Shown here: positions 40,787 to 49,793 of the stretch, one piece after another
Numbering within the stretch: position 1 is the stretch's first letter
How the letters are laid out: each line of letters starts with the position of its first letter
Virus record (IMG/VR): IMGVR_UViG_3300009787_000007
Span: 22,346-86,345 of that record
Reading direction: 5' to 3' (one strand)
DNA from: a virus
Taxonomy: Duplodnaviria > Caudoviricetes
DNA length: 64,000 nucleotides
Translations under genes and position numbers: made by a program
Notes under the pieces: generated by a model
Databases searched by the model: none
Seen by the model: only the letters and a program-made list of their open reading frames with translations
Told to the model about the DNA's origin: nothing

Positions 40787-41044
40787 ATCTATATATTAAT
40801 TTTTTAATTTCGTTTTAAACTATCTAAAATATCTAAACTGTCTAAACTTCTTTGTTTATATGTCTATTATTACTTTATGTACCATTAACTGATGTTTTAC
40901 TAATATATTCTTATATATATTTCATATATTAATATACTACTACATTTACTTGATTTATGTATAAAAATATTATACTTGTTTAATACTTATCTAATTACTA
41001 TTTACTATTTACTAATTAGTATTTAACTGTTAACTATTTTCTAA

Positions 41045-41758
41045 CTAATTTCCCACATCCATATAATTTTTAGATTCTGGAGATATGCTAGAACAAGCTA
41101 CTCTATAACCACAAGTCATATCTTTATTTCTCATTCCACTACCTTTATTAGCTAAAGCATTTGTAGCTACATTTATATCTCCAGTCTTCATATTTGAAGT
41201 ATTAGTAATTCCATCTGTTTTATGTTTCTTAGAATCAGATGTATTATCTTCTTTACCTCTATAGTTATCTAACTTATTCTGTGTAGTATTTTCTTTATCC
41301 TCTTGTATATTGAATTTAGCTGTCTTTCTACTATTACTAAATCCATTCTGAGTAGGTTGAGTAGTATTTACATTACTCGGATTCATAGGTTGAGTTTGAT
41401 TAGATTGATTTCCACCACCAGCTAATCTATATCCTCCATAACCTACACCTGCTCCTATACCTAATGCTCCATATCCAGTTAAGGCATTTTCACCATCTGT
41501 AGGTTCTATTCCACCTATAGCTTTATTTATTCCTTCTCCTGCATTAGTAACTGCTCCATGTATTTTCTGTCCAACATTTTGAGCATTTTGAGCTATATTT
41601 TGTAGAAATCCAGGTTTCTTAGCATTACCTTGAGCTACATTAGCTACTCCTTCTACTGCATCTTCAGCTAAGTTGAATTTAGCTGTGCTATCAAATTTAG
41701 CTAACTGTCTATAGTTAGAAAAACTAACTGTATTTGAATATCTATAACCTTTCTTCAT
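41045..41758 (-). CDS. Glycine-zipper internal virion polyprotein (AKF linkers at F22, F28, F149)
   Basis: GYGALGIGAGVGYGGY segment plus a polar C-terminal module after FSNSRKTAKF. Confidence 0.7.
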   Translation of the reverse strand: MKKGYRYSNTVSFSNYRQLAKFDSTAKFNLAEDAVEGVANVAQGNAKKPGFLQNIAQNAQNVGQKIHGAVTNAGEGINKAIGGIEPTDGENALTGYGALGIGAGVGYGGYRLAGGGNQSNQTQPMNPSNVNTTQPTQNGFSNSRKTAKFNIQEDKENTTQNKLDNYRGKEDNTSDSKKHKTDGITNTSNMKTGDINVATNALANKGSGMRNKDMTCGYRVACSSISPESKNYMDVGN

Positions 41759-41833
41759 TTTAAATTTCCTTTATTACTTAATATATTGTTTATTATTTAA
41801 CTGATTTATATTTATATTTATATTTACTATTTA

Positions 41834-43168
41834 TTAATATAAATATTTAGCATCCTTAGTATCCATTATAGGATAATCATCAGGTCTAGTAGCATTTTCT
41901 ATCAATGAACCTGTTCCTAGTATACCTAATGCACCTGCTCCTAAAGTACCATAACCTGCTACTTTATCATTTCTTAATTGATTTATAACTTCTTTCTTTT
42001 TAGCTAATCTAATTTGTTTATTTATTTTATTTTTTTCATCTTCATCAAATGCACTTAATAAATCTAATTCATACTTTTCTCTTTGATCTGTTCCAGTATT
42101 AGGTAAAACATTACCTGTAATTTCATTTACATCTTTACCTAATTTACCAGCTAATTTATCTATTCCTTTACCTGTTTTATCTAAATATCTATTAATATGT
42201 TTCTGTGCTTGATCTGATGCTTCATTTAATACTCTATATGCTTTATCCTTTAATGTAGGCTTATATAATCCTACACCTTCTGCTATATCACTTACTATAT
42301 GATTTAATGCAAACGTAGCTAATAGTCTATCTCTTTTATTAACTCTTAAATATTCATTATATGGACTATAATCTATATTATCTATACTCATATTAGCTTG
42401 ACTTAATGCTGTACCTGCTCCTATAGTTCCTACTCCAGCTAAACCTAAAGTACCATAACCTGCTATTCTATTATTCCTATTCTGAGTTTTATAAAATCTA
42501 TCTTTTATAGAATCTAATTGGTCATTAAACTTATTATTCTGTGCTGCTAACACTTCATATTTAGCTTTATTCTTTTTATAATAATTAGGTATTTTTAATT
42601 CTTCTAATTCCTTAGCTGCTTGATTAGGTAATATATTACCAGTTAAATCATTTACACCTTTACCTACATCTTCTACAAATGTATTTATATGATTTAATGC
42701 ATTAAATGTAGCAGTATTAGTAAATAATGTATTTTTATCTCTACTATATGCTGCATATGGACTAGGATAATTAGATATATTAGGTTTATTATTACCTGTA
42801 ATATTTCCTATAGCATCACTAGCTAATTTAGTAGCACCTAAACCACCTAATCCTATAGCTCCATATCCTGTAGCAGTATTTAACCTATTAATATTTCTAA
42901 GTGTATTCAATTGCTTGTTTAACTTAATCTTACTATCATCTGCTAACTTATTAAAATGTTCTGGAAATTGTTCTTTATACTTTCTAATAGCATTAGATGT
43001 ATTAGTTTCTATATTAGTAGGTAATCTCCTAGTAATAGCTTGACCTAGATTACCTGCTGTTTCATGTAACTGTTTAAATCTCTCAGCTAAAGGTTTAAAT
43101 AACTGTAATGGTTTTTCTTCTACTTCAGCTTTAGCTGAACTATAGTTAGAAAATATTTGTTTATTCAT
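41834..43168 (-). CDS. Three-module glycine-zipper polyprotein (ATF linkers at F155, F286)
   Basis: Three homologous units, each ending R..GYG[AT][IL]G..G.G...; units 2 and 3 both begin ALNH and share DVN.[LI]TGN[IV]LPN-like text. Confidence 0.75.
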   Translation of the reverse strand: MNKQIFSNYSSAKAEVEEKPLQLFKPLAERFKQLHETAGNLGQAITRRLPTNIETNTSNAIRKYKEQFPEHFNKLADDSKIKLNKQLNTLRNINRLNTATGYGAIGLGGLGATKLASDAIGNITGNNKPNISNYPSPYAAYSRDKNTLFTNTATFNALNHINTFVEDVGKGVNDLTGNILPNQAAKELEELKIPNYYKKNKAKYEVLAAQNNKFNDQLDSIKDRFYKTQNRNNRIAGYGTLGLAGVGTIGAGTALSQANMSIDNIDYSPYNEYLRVNKRDRLLATFALNHIVSDIAEGVGLYKPTLKDKAYRVLNEASDQAQKHINRYLDKTGKGIDKLAGKLGKDVNEITGNVLPNTGTDQREKYELDLLSAFDEDEKNKINKQIRLAKKKEVINQLRNDKVAGYGTLGAGALGILGTGSLIENATRPDDYPIMDTKDAKYLY

Positions 43169-43201
43169 ATACTTTATATAACTTATATATATATATCTAT
43201 A

Positions 43202-44053
43202 TTAATCTATTATTTCTCTAGCTAATTTTACTAATCTTCTAGGTGAATTAATTCCTTTCTTATATAGTTCAGGATCAGTAATAGTATTTAGTAAAGCAGG
43301 ATCATCAGTTCTTTCTCTTATATCTGGATTTCTAAATAATGAATTAGTTTTTAATTCAGCTTCATTTACTGCATATTTAGCATCTCTAAACCCTTTAGTT
43401 AATGCAGATTTTAATTCATTTGTTTTACCTTTAAATCCTTCTATAATCTTTCTACCTATACTTTCTTCCTCTTTCTTAGGTATAGATTTAAGTATTTTCT
43501 TAGTTGCTATAGATGATACACCACCTGATAAACCACCTATTAATGTACCTAATGCTATATCTTTACCAGCTTTACCTATATCTTTACCTTCTGATTCAGG
43601 ATCTAATAAATATTTAGCACTTCCTATAGTTCCACCTGTTAATGCACCATGTATAGCTTGCTCTAATACATCTTCATTTAATAAGTTGAAATCAGCTTTT
43701 TTTTTATTAAACCTAGCTACATAATTATTATCAAAATTATGATGACTAATTCTTGCTGCATGTTCATTACTTATATCAAACTCACCAGGTTGATTAGCAT
43801 TAGCAGCTATTCTATAACCTGTATGTTGATACTTATTCATAGCATTATTTGGATCAGAATTAGTATTTTGTTCTACATTCTCATTACTATTACTTCCTAA
43901 TGATTTACCTTCAGCTAATAAACCTTGTTCTGCTATTTCAGCTTGTAAGTTAAAATTACTAATATTATTATTATTTCTATTAATATAATCGTTATCATAA
44001 GCTTTATAGTTAGCAGTTGCAAGGTTATAGTTTATTCTATAACCTCTTTGCAT
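43202..44053 (-). CDS. Glycine-zipper internal virion polyprotein (ISNF F34, KADF F122)
   Basis: Two GYRI-containing polar units, then an AIHGALTGGTIG...IALGTLIGGLSGG hairpin. Confidence 0.7.
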   Translation of the reverse strand: MQRGYRINYNLATANYKAYDNDYINRNNNNISNFNLQAEIAEQGLLAEGKSLGSNSNENVEQNTNSDPNNAMNKYQHTGYRIAANANQPGEFDISNEHAARISHHNFDNNYVARFNKKKADFNLLNEDVLEQAIHGALTGGTIGSAKYLLDPESEGKDIGKAGKDIALGTLIGGLSGGVSSIATKKILKSIPKKEEESIGRKIIEGFKGKTNELKSALTKGFRDAKYAVNEAELKTNSLFRNPDIRERTDDPALLNTITDPELYKKGINSPRRLVKLAREIID

Positions 44054-44090
44054 TATATTTATCCTTTTAGTTTATTACTAGTTATATTAA

Positions 44091-45587
44091 CTAACTACCT
44101 CTTCTATAGTATTTTCTATCATTAACTGATTTTCTATTAGAGCTAAATTCAGCCATATATATAGGATTAGAATAGAAATTAGCTTTAGCTATAGTATCTT
44201 TAGAATACTGTAATCCAGGTATAGAAGGTTGAAATACTTGATCTACTCCACCTTGTATAGCTTGTCCTGCTGAATTAGCTACATCACCTATAACTGCTTT
44301 ACCACCATTAATAATATTACTAACATGACTGCCTAAATTATTAACATGATTTAAAGCAGCTTGAGCAAATACATTGAAATGATCACCTAGTTCATTTTTT
44401 AATCCTGCAACTTCTTCTTCATTTGGTGGTGTTTTACCGTTAAATAAAGATTTAACTTGGTCTAACTTATCAGTTCCCCATTTATTTATACCTTGTGATA
44501 ATTTTTCTGCATGATCTTTACCATTATAGAATAAGTTTTTAGCTCCTTCTCCTATTTGGTCTAAATGTGTACCTGCACCTGCTCCTATTGCTCCTGCACC
44601 TGCTACTACTGCTCCTGCTGTATTACCTGCATTTTTAACTGTATTAGCAGCTTGTTGTACAGCTTCACCACCTGCTCCTTTCAAAGCATTATAACCATAA
44701 TGTCCTGCTGCTCCTGCTCCTGCACCTAAAGCTGCTCCTGCTACACCTCTACCTAATCTATCACCTAAAGTTGCATTAGGATTAGCTGTTAATGCACCAC
44801 CTAATCCACCTATACCTGCACCTATAGTCATAGGATTAATGAAGAAATTAGCTGTACTATTCATATATCTACTAGCATTGAATTGGTCTAATAAATCTGA
44901 TGCACCTGCACTAGCATCATGTACACCATCTTTACCTGAAATAATACCCCATTTATTAGAACCTGATATATATTTAGCCGCTTCTTCTTTAGATATACCT
45001 AACTTATGTGCTAAAGCTGTAATTGCTTGACTAATTTGAATCTTACCGCTATCTAATAAACTCTGTGCTTTTTGTATATATGGATGTGCATTACTAGCTA
45101 GTTCAGAAGCTTTACCTTGTATTACATCAGGTAGAACAGATGATAATTCTCTAATATTTTGTTTATTATCATAAGCTACTTTACCTGCTCCTCCTAATCC
45201 AGTTAAACCAGCTAATCCTGCTACAGTCTTACCTATCCAATTTCCACCTTTACCTTCATCTTCTGCATCTCTAGCAATTCCTTCTCCTAGTCCTTTACCT
45301 AATCCAGAATCTAAAGCTTTAGTATCTTTAGCAGCACCTCTTAAGTATTTAATTCCTTTAGCACCACCATATCCAGCAGCACCACCTGTAGCAGCACCTA
45401 TTAATGCTCTAGATACTCTATCTGAATCATCACCTGTACTAGCTCCAGCTAAAGCACCTGCACCTGCACCACCTAGTCCAGCTAGAATATCTTTATGCTC
45501 TAATAAACTTTCTAAACCAAAATTAGCTGGTTTATATGGTTTAGCAGTATATAATCTTGTTGTATTAACTCTACTAAAATTTGACAT
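44091..45587 (-). CDS. Two-module glycine-zipper polyprotein (ANF/AEF at F23, F248, F471, F481)
   Basis: Two homologous G-zipper hairpin plus G-rich helix plus amphipathic tail units, bounded by A-x-F linkers. Confidence 0.75.
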   Translation of the reverse strand: MSNFSRVNTTRLYTAKPYKPANFGLESLLEHKDILAGLGGAGAGALAGASTGDDSDRVSRALIGAATGGAAGYGGAKGIKYLRGAAKDTKALDSGLGKGLGEGIARDAEDEGKGGNWIGKTVAGLAGLTGLGGAGKVAYDNKQNIRELSSVLPDVIQGKASELASNAHPYIQKAQSLLDSGKIQISQAITALAHKLGISKEEAAKYISGSNKWGIISGKDGVHDASAGASDLLDQFNASRYMNSTANFFINPMTIGAGIGGLGGALTANPNATLGDRLGRGVAGAALGAGAGAAGHYGYNALKGAGGEAVQQAANTVKNAGNTAGAVVAGAGAIGAGAGTHLDQIGEGAKNLFYNGKDHAEKLSQGINKWGTDKLDQVKSLFNGKTPPNEEEVAGLKNELGDHFNVFAQAALNHVNNLGSHVSNIINGGKAVIGDVANSAGQAIQGGVDQVFQPSIPGLQYSKDTIAKANFYSNPIYMAEFSSNRKSVNDRKYYRRGS

Positions 45588-45660
45588 ATTTAAATTATTT
45601 ATTCCTTTATTAAAATTTATACTATTAAGTTTATATTTAAGTTAGTTAACACTAATAACA

Positions 45661-46269
45661 CTAACTTAATGTTGAATAATATGGATCTTCTTCTATATAT
45701 TTATTGTAATTTGTTTTACTAAATTCTGCTGAATTAGTATCATTTATATTCTTACTAAATGGTATAGGTACATGAAGTGGTAACTGAGTTAGAAAATGTT
45801 GCGCTCCATGAACTAGATTACCTACATGATGTAATCCATCTCCTATAGCTGTATTTACTACACCAGGATATCCAGGAGTCTTAGTAGGATCAGCTTGTAC
45901 AGCTTTCATTACTACTGCTGGTACTATTCCTACATTAGTCATAACTATACTTACTTTCTGTAAAGGAGTAGGATTATTAAACTCTTTTAAAAACGCTTTA
46001 GTATTATCTCCAGATTTCTTGTAAAATCTATCAGCTAATGTCTCATCTAGTTTCTTACCTCTCTCTTTAGCTATCCTTACTCCTGTTCCTATTCCATATC
46101 CTCCTAAACCTCCTACTGCTCCTCCTATGCTTGCTTTAGTTAATCTATTATCATCATTACCTGTTAAAGCACCTATACCTGAACCTAGTGTAGTACCTAT
46201 ACCAGCAGTAACAGCAGAATTAAAGTTAGCAGAATCAACATTAACCATATATAATTTATATTTATTCAT
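45661..46269 (-). CDS. Glycine-zipper protein flanked by SANF (F16) and SAEF (F183)
   Basis: AGIGTTLGSGIGALTGNDDNRLTKASIGGAVGGLGGYG resembles module 1 of the 498-aa ORF. Confidence 0.72.
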   Translation of the reverse strand: MNKYKLYMVNVDSANFNSAVTAGIGTTLGSGIGALTGNDDNRLTKASIGGAVGGLGGYGIGTGVRIAKERGKKLDETLADRFYKKSGDNTKAFLKEFNNPTPLQKVSIVMTNVGIVPAVVMKAVQADPTKTPGYPGVVNTAIGDGLHHVGNLVHGAQHFLTQLPLHVPIPFSKNINDTNSAEFSKTNYNKYIEEDPYYSTLS

Positions 46270-46286
46270 AGTATTTAATTTATTAT

Positions 46287-48656
46287 TTATGCTGTTCTAG
46301 TGTTATATGCTCTTTCTTCTTCTAGTAAACGTTGTCTTTGTTCACGTTTAGCTTTCTGATCATCTAGATAAGTTTTACCAGCTAATAATGCACCACCACC
46401 AGCTAATAAACCTAAACCACCTAGACCTAAAGCTTTAAATTTCTTATTATCAAAATACTGTCTTATATTTTCTAATCCTAGTTCTTTCTTAGCACCAATC
46501 TTAGCTAATTCTTGAGCATTTTGATTTCTAGCCTTAAGTAGTTGCATATCATGAGAAGGTTCACCTATCCATCTCCAGAAACTATTAGGAGTAGTATGAT
46601 TTAATAACTCTTTTTCTCCTCTATTTTTATAGATTTGTTTAGCTACTTCATCACTTTTATATCCTGCATCTTCACCTAATAATCCTCCAGTTAAAGCACC
46701 TAACCATCCTTTACCTGGTACATAACTTTTACCTTCACTAGCTTTAGCTCTAATAGCTCTTATATTCTGTCTACCAGCTAATGCTCTTTCTTCTAATCTC
46801 TGTTTATGTTCTTGTCTTAGTAAATCGGATCTAATTCTAGAATCAGTTATAGCTTTTTCTCTAGCTAACCTATCTTCTTCATTTAATTTTCTTATTTCAT
46901 GTTCATTATTTACACCAGTTAATTTTTCGTTACTATATATATTTTTAGATTGAATTTGTTGATTAATTAATGCCTCTTGTTTAGCTTTTTCTGCTTCTAT
47001 TTCAGCTTGTCTTATCTTTGCAGTATTATCTAATTGTGATATTTGTAAGCTGTTACTTTGTGGTTGATAACTTATTCTAGTTTTAGTTCCACCTTCAGGA
47101 CTAATACTTTCTTCTCTTTCTAATACATTTCTACGAGTAGATTCTTGCTTAGTTTCCTCATCTCTAACTTTTAGTGTACCAGGTGCTACTACTCTACTAT
47201 TAGGATCAGGATTTTCTAAATCAATATTATTATTATTTGTAGGTGGTATATTATTTCCTCCTCCACTACCTGTATCTCCATTTCCACCATTATTTATAGG
47301 TGGATTAGTAGGTGGATTAGTTGATGAGCTATCTTGATTTATTCCATTATCTACAACATTTCTAATTTGATTAGTAGCTTTATCTCTCAATCCTAATAAA
47401 GTACCTTTTAATTCACTAAGTAATCCTCCACCTCTATTAGTTTCACTAGCTTCTTGAATAGGAATTACTGGATTACTAACAGGATTACTAACAGGATTAT
47501 GAGTAATTACTGTAGGTGTAGTATTTATACTAGGTTTAGTTTCTACTCTATAACCATTACTAGGATCTGTACTTTCTATAGCTCTAACACTAGGTTGTCT
47601 AGGAGTTTCAGGAGTAGAAGGTGTAGTACCAACTGGTGTTTCAGTAGTATTATCTGGTCTTATATTTATAGGTTCTAAATTGTTTATTTTATTACCTATA
47701 TATCTATATTTATAAGCAGTAGATACAGGTGCGATTTTTCTTGCATTAGATAAATTAGAACGATGATCATTTATATTAGGGTTACTAATTATTAAATCTC
47801 CATTCTGTTGAGTTAAAGGTAATCTAACTGAATTAGGTTCATGATTATCTTCATGATATATTCTATCTATACCTAATAATCCTTTAGCTTCTGCTTTTCT
47901 ATCAGCTTGTTCTCTTAATATAGCTATATTTTCATGATGTTGATGTACTTCATCTATAATACTAGGTCTAGCACGTTTTAAACTATCTAATCTATTTAAA
48001 GCATGATTAACTTCATCTTGAGTAATTCTTTTAGTTTCTCCTGTTAAATAGTTAGTTCTATGATAACCATGTGTTTCTTCTCTATGAAGTAAAGCTAAAT
48101 GATTTCTAGCTTCTTTAAATGCTTTATCTCTGCTTCCTTTTTCAGCTAATTGATATAATTCCTGCTCTGTTTTATTTTTACTAGAATCATGATAAAGTAA
48201 ATTTCTATATTTTTCCTTATTTTGCGCTCTAGCTCTATCTCTCCTTTCTAGTAACTTCGCTCTTTCTATATCTGCTTGTTCAGTTAATCCTCTTGTAACA
48301 CTAGGCTCATAACTAGCTTTATTAGCTGTAATACCACCTTTAGCTTTATGAGTTTCAGTAGTGTTTACATTATGTAATGGATGATTAGTATTTTCTCTAG
48401 CATCTCTATCTCCTTTCCTAATCTGTAAATAAGGATATGATGTAAAATCTGCTATCCTTTTATTTACGTTACTTACATTAAATCTTTTATTCTTTAATAA
48501 TCCATAACTAACACCAGCAGCTATAGGTATAGTTACTATATTAGGATTAGCTATCGCATAACCAATACTTCCACCACTAGCTATTAATTTTAATTCTTCT
48601 GGTGTTAATTTTCTCTTTCTATTAGTTACTTTATCTACTACTTCATCTAATAACAT
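46287..48656 (-). CDS. Large internal virion/ejection-like protein (IADF F71; P/T/N-rich linker; C-terminal coiled coil and G-zippers)
   Basis: 789 aa; hydrophobic N-terminal unit, charged helical body, GWLGALTGGLLG and GLGGLGLLAGGGALLAG segments. Confidence 0.65.
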   Translation of the reverse strand: MLLDEVVDKVTNRKRKLTPEELKLIASGGSIGYAIANPNIVTIPIAAGVSYGLLKNKRFNVSNVNKRIADFTSYPYLQIRKGDRDARENTNHPLHNVNTTETHKAKGGITANKASYEPSVTRGLTEQADIERAKLLERRDRARAQNKEKYRNLLYHDSSKNKTEQELYQLAEKGSRDKAFKEARNHLALLHREETHGYHRTNYLTGETKRITQDEVNHALNRLDSLKRARPSIIDEVHQHHENIAILREQADRKAEAKGLLGIDRIYHEDNHEPNSVRLPLTQQNGDLIISNPNINDHRSNLSNARKIAPVSTAYKYRYIGNKINNLEPINIRPDNTTETPVGTTPSTPETPRQPSVRAIESTDPSNGYRVETKPSINTTPTVITHNPVSNPVSNPVIPIQEASETNRGGGLLSELKGTLLGLRDKATNQIRNVVDNGINQDSSSTNPPTNPPINNGGNGDTGSGGGNNIPPTNNNNIDLENPDPNSRVVAPGTLKVRDEETKQESTRRNVLEREESISPEGGTKTRISYQPQSNSLQISQLDNTAKIRQAEIEAEKAKQEALINQQIQSKNIYSNEKLTGVNNEHEIRKLNEEDRLAREKAITDSRIRSDLLRQEHKQRLEERALAGRQNIRAIRAKASEGKSYVPGKGWLGALTGGLLGEDAGYKSDEVAKQIYKNRGEKELLNHTTPNSFWRWIGEPSHDMQLLKARNQNAQELAKIGAKKELGLENIRQYFDNKKFKALGLGGLGLLAGGGALLAGKTYLDDQKAKREQRQRLLEEERAYNTRTA

Positions 48657-48659
48657 TTC

Positions 48660-49676
48660 TTATACTCTTACACCTCTTAAATATTTCTTAGTAGTAGCAT
48701 ATACTTGATAATTAAAATTAGCTGTACTTTTTCTTGTATATTTACTATATTGACTAGCATTTGTACTAGCTAAATCTTGATACTGAGTTTGCTGCATCTG
48801 TTGTTTCTCATCTGCATTTAATATCGGCATATTTGTAGGATCTGTAGCTTGATTCATCTGTTCTTCTACATTAGTTAATCCTAGTAAATCTATAACTCTT
48901 GTACTAAATCCATTTAATGCTGAATAAACATACTGCAATAAAGTTGGTAAATCATTAATCTGTATAGCATTACTATTATAAACATTATTAAGTAATGTCC
49001 ATAAATCATCTGTTAAATCATTATATTCATCTTTTAAGTCATCTAATGTTTGTTGATTAGCTTCTAAATCATCCCATGTATAAGCATTATCTTCATTATT
49101 AATTCCAAATCCGAACATTCCCATATTATCTATAGCTGGAATAGGTACTAAAGATACTTCTAATATTCTTTCATCATCAGGATCTAAATTTAATCCCATT
49201 GATACTGAATTAATAGTATTACTCTTAATCTTTTCTATAGCTGGTTTATCTGTAACTATTACATCACTCATGAATAAACCTACTTTACCTATTAAATGTT
49301 TAGCTCTCTTATTAGGTAAATCAGATTCAGTAATAACTTTAGTATATGCTTTACCTCCTACTTTACCAATAGTAAAATCTACAGTCTTTTTATGGTCTTT
49401 ACATAGAGGTACATCTTTACCATTTTCTAACGCTAAATTTGTAAACTTAGCTATCCTATCTAATCTACTTTCTGTAAACTTATGCTTATTACCATTACTG
49501 TCTTTAAACTCTCCTGGTGTAGCTATTAATACAGTCTTAACTAAAGCATCATCAGTATTACTACTATCAAAATTAGCTATATCTATATAACCAGTGCTAT
49601 CAAAATTAGCTGTACTTTGTAAACTAGAATTAAATCTAACTGAACTTACTTCTCTCTGCTTTCTATATCTTTTCAT
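48660..49676 (-). CDS. Prohead maturation protease (Mu gpI-like serine protease)
   Basis: IATPGEF, VPLCKDH (catalytic His), SVSMGL (catalytic Ser) and EVSLVPIPAI motifs; position between MuF and the scaffold/capsid genes. Confidence 0.8.
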   Translation of the reverse strand: MKRYRKQREVSSVRFNSSLQSTANFDSTGYIDIANFDSSNTDDALVKTVLIATPGEFKDSNGNKHKFTESRLDRIAKFTNLALENGKDVPLCKDHKKTVDFTIGKVGGKAYTKVITESDLPNKRAKHLIGKVGLFMSDVIVTDKPAIEKIKSNTINSVSMGLNLDPDDERILEVSLVPIPAIDNMGMFGFGINNEDNAYTWDDLEANQQTLDDLKDEYNDLTDDLWTLLNNVYNSNAIQINDLPTLLQYVYSALNGFSTRVIDLLGLTNVEEQMNQATDPTNMPILNADEKQQMQQTQYQDLASTNASQYSKYTRKSTANFNYQVYATTKKYLRGVRV

Positions 49677-49793
49677 TGTTATTTATATTAATTATGTTAA
49701 TTACTGTTACTTTTACTATTCTTATATCTACTATATTTTATCTTTATATTAAAATTCTACTTATATCTATATAGATATTATACACTTACTATA

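Noticed and set aside
43697-43705. A9 run (KKK) as a programmed frameshift
   Set aside because: The -1 frame hits TGA within a few codons, and such runs are expected at this AT content.
41045-48656. RiPP/bacteriocin precursor cluster
   Set aside because: Leader-core repeats superficially resemble this, but there are no modifying enzymes, transporter or double-glycine leaders. The same motif in the head protease and scaffold points to virion maturation.
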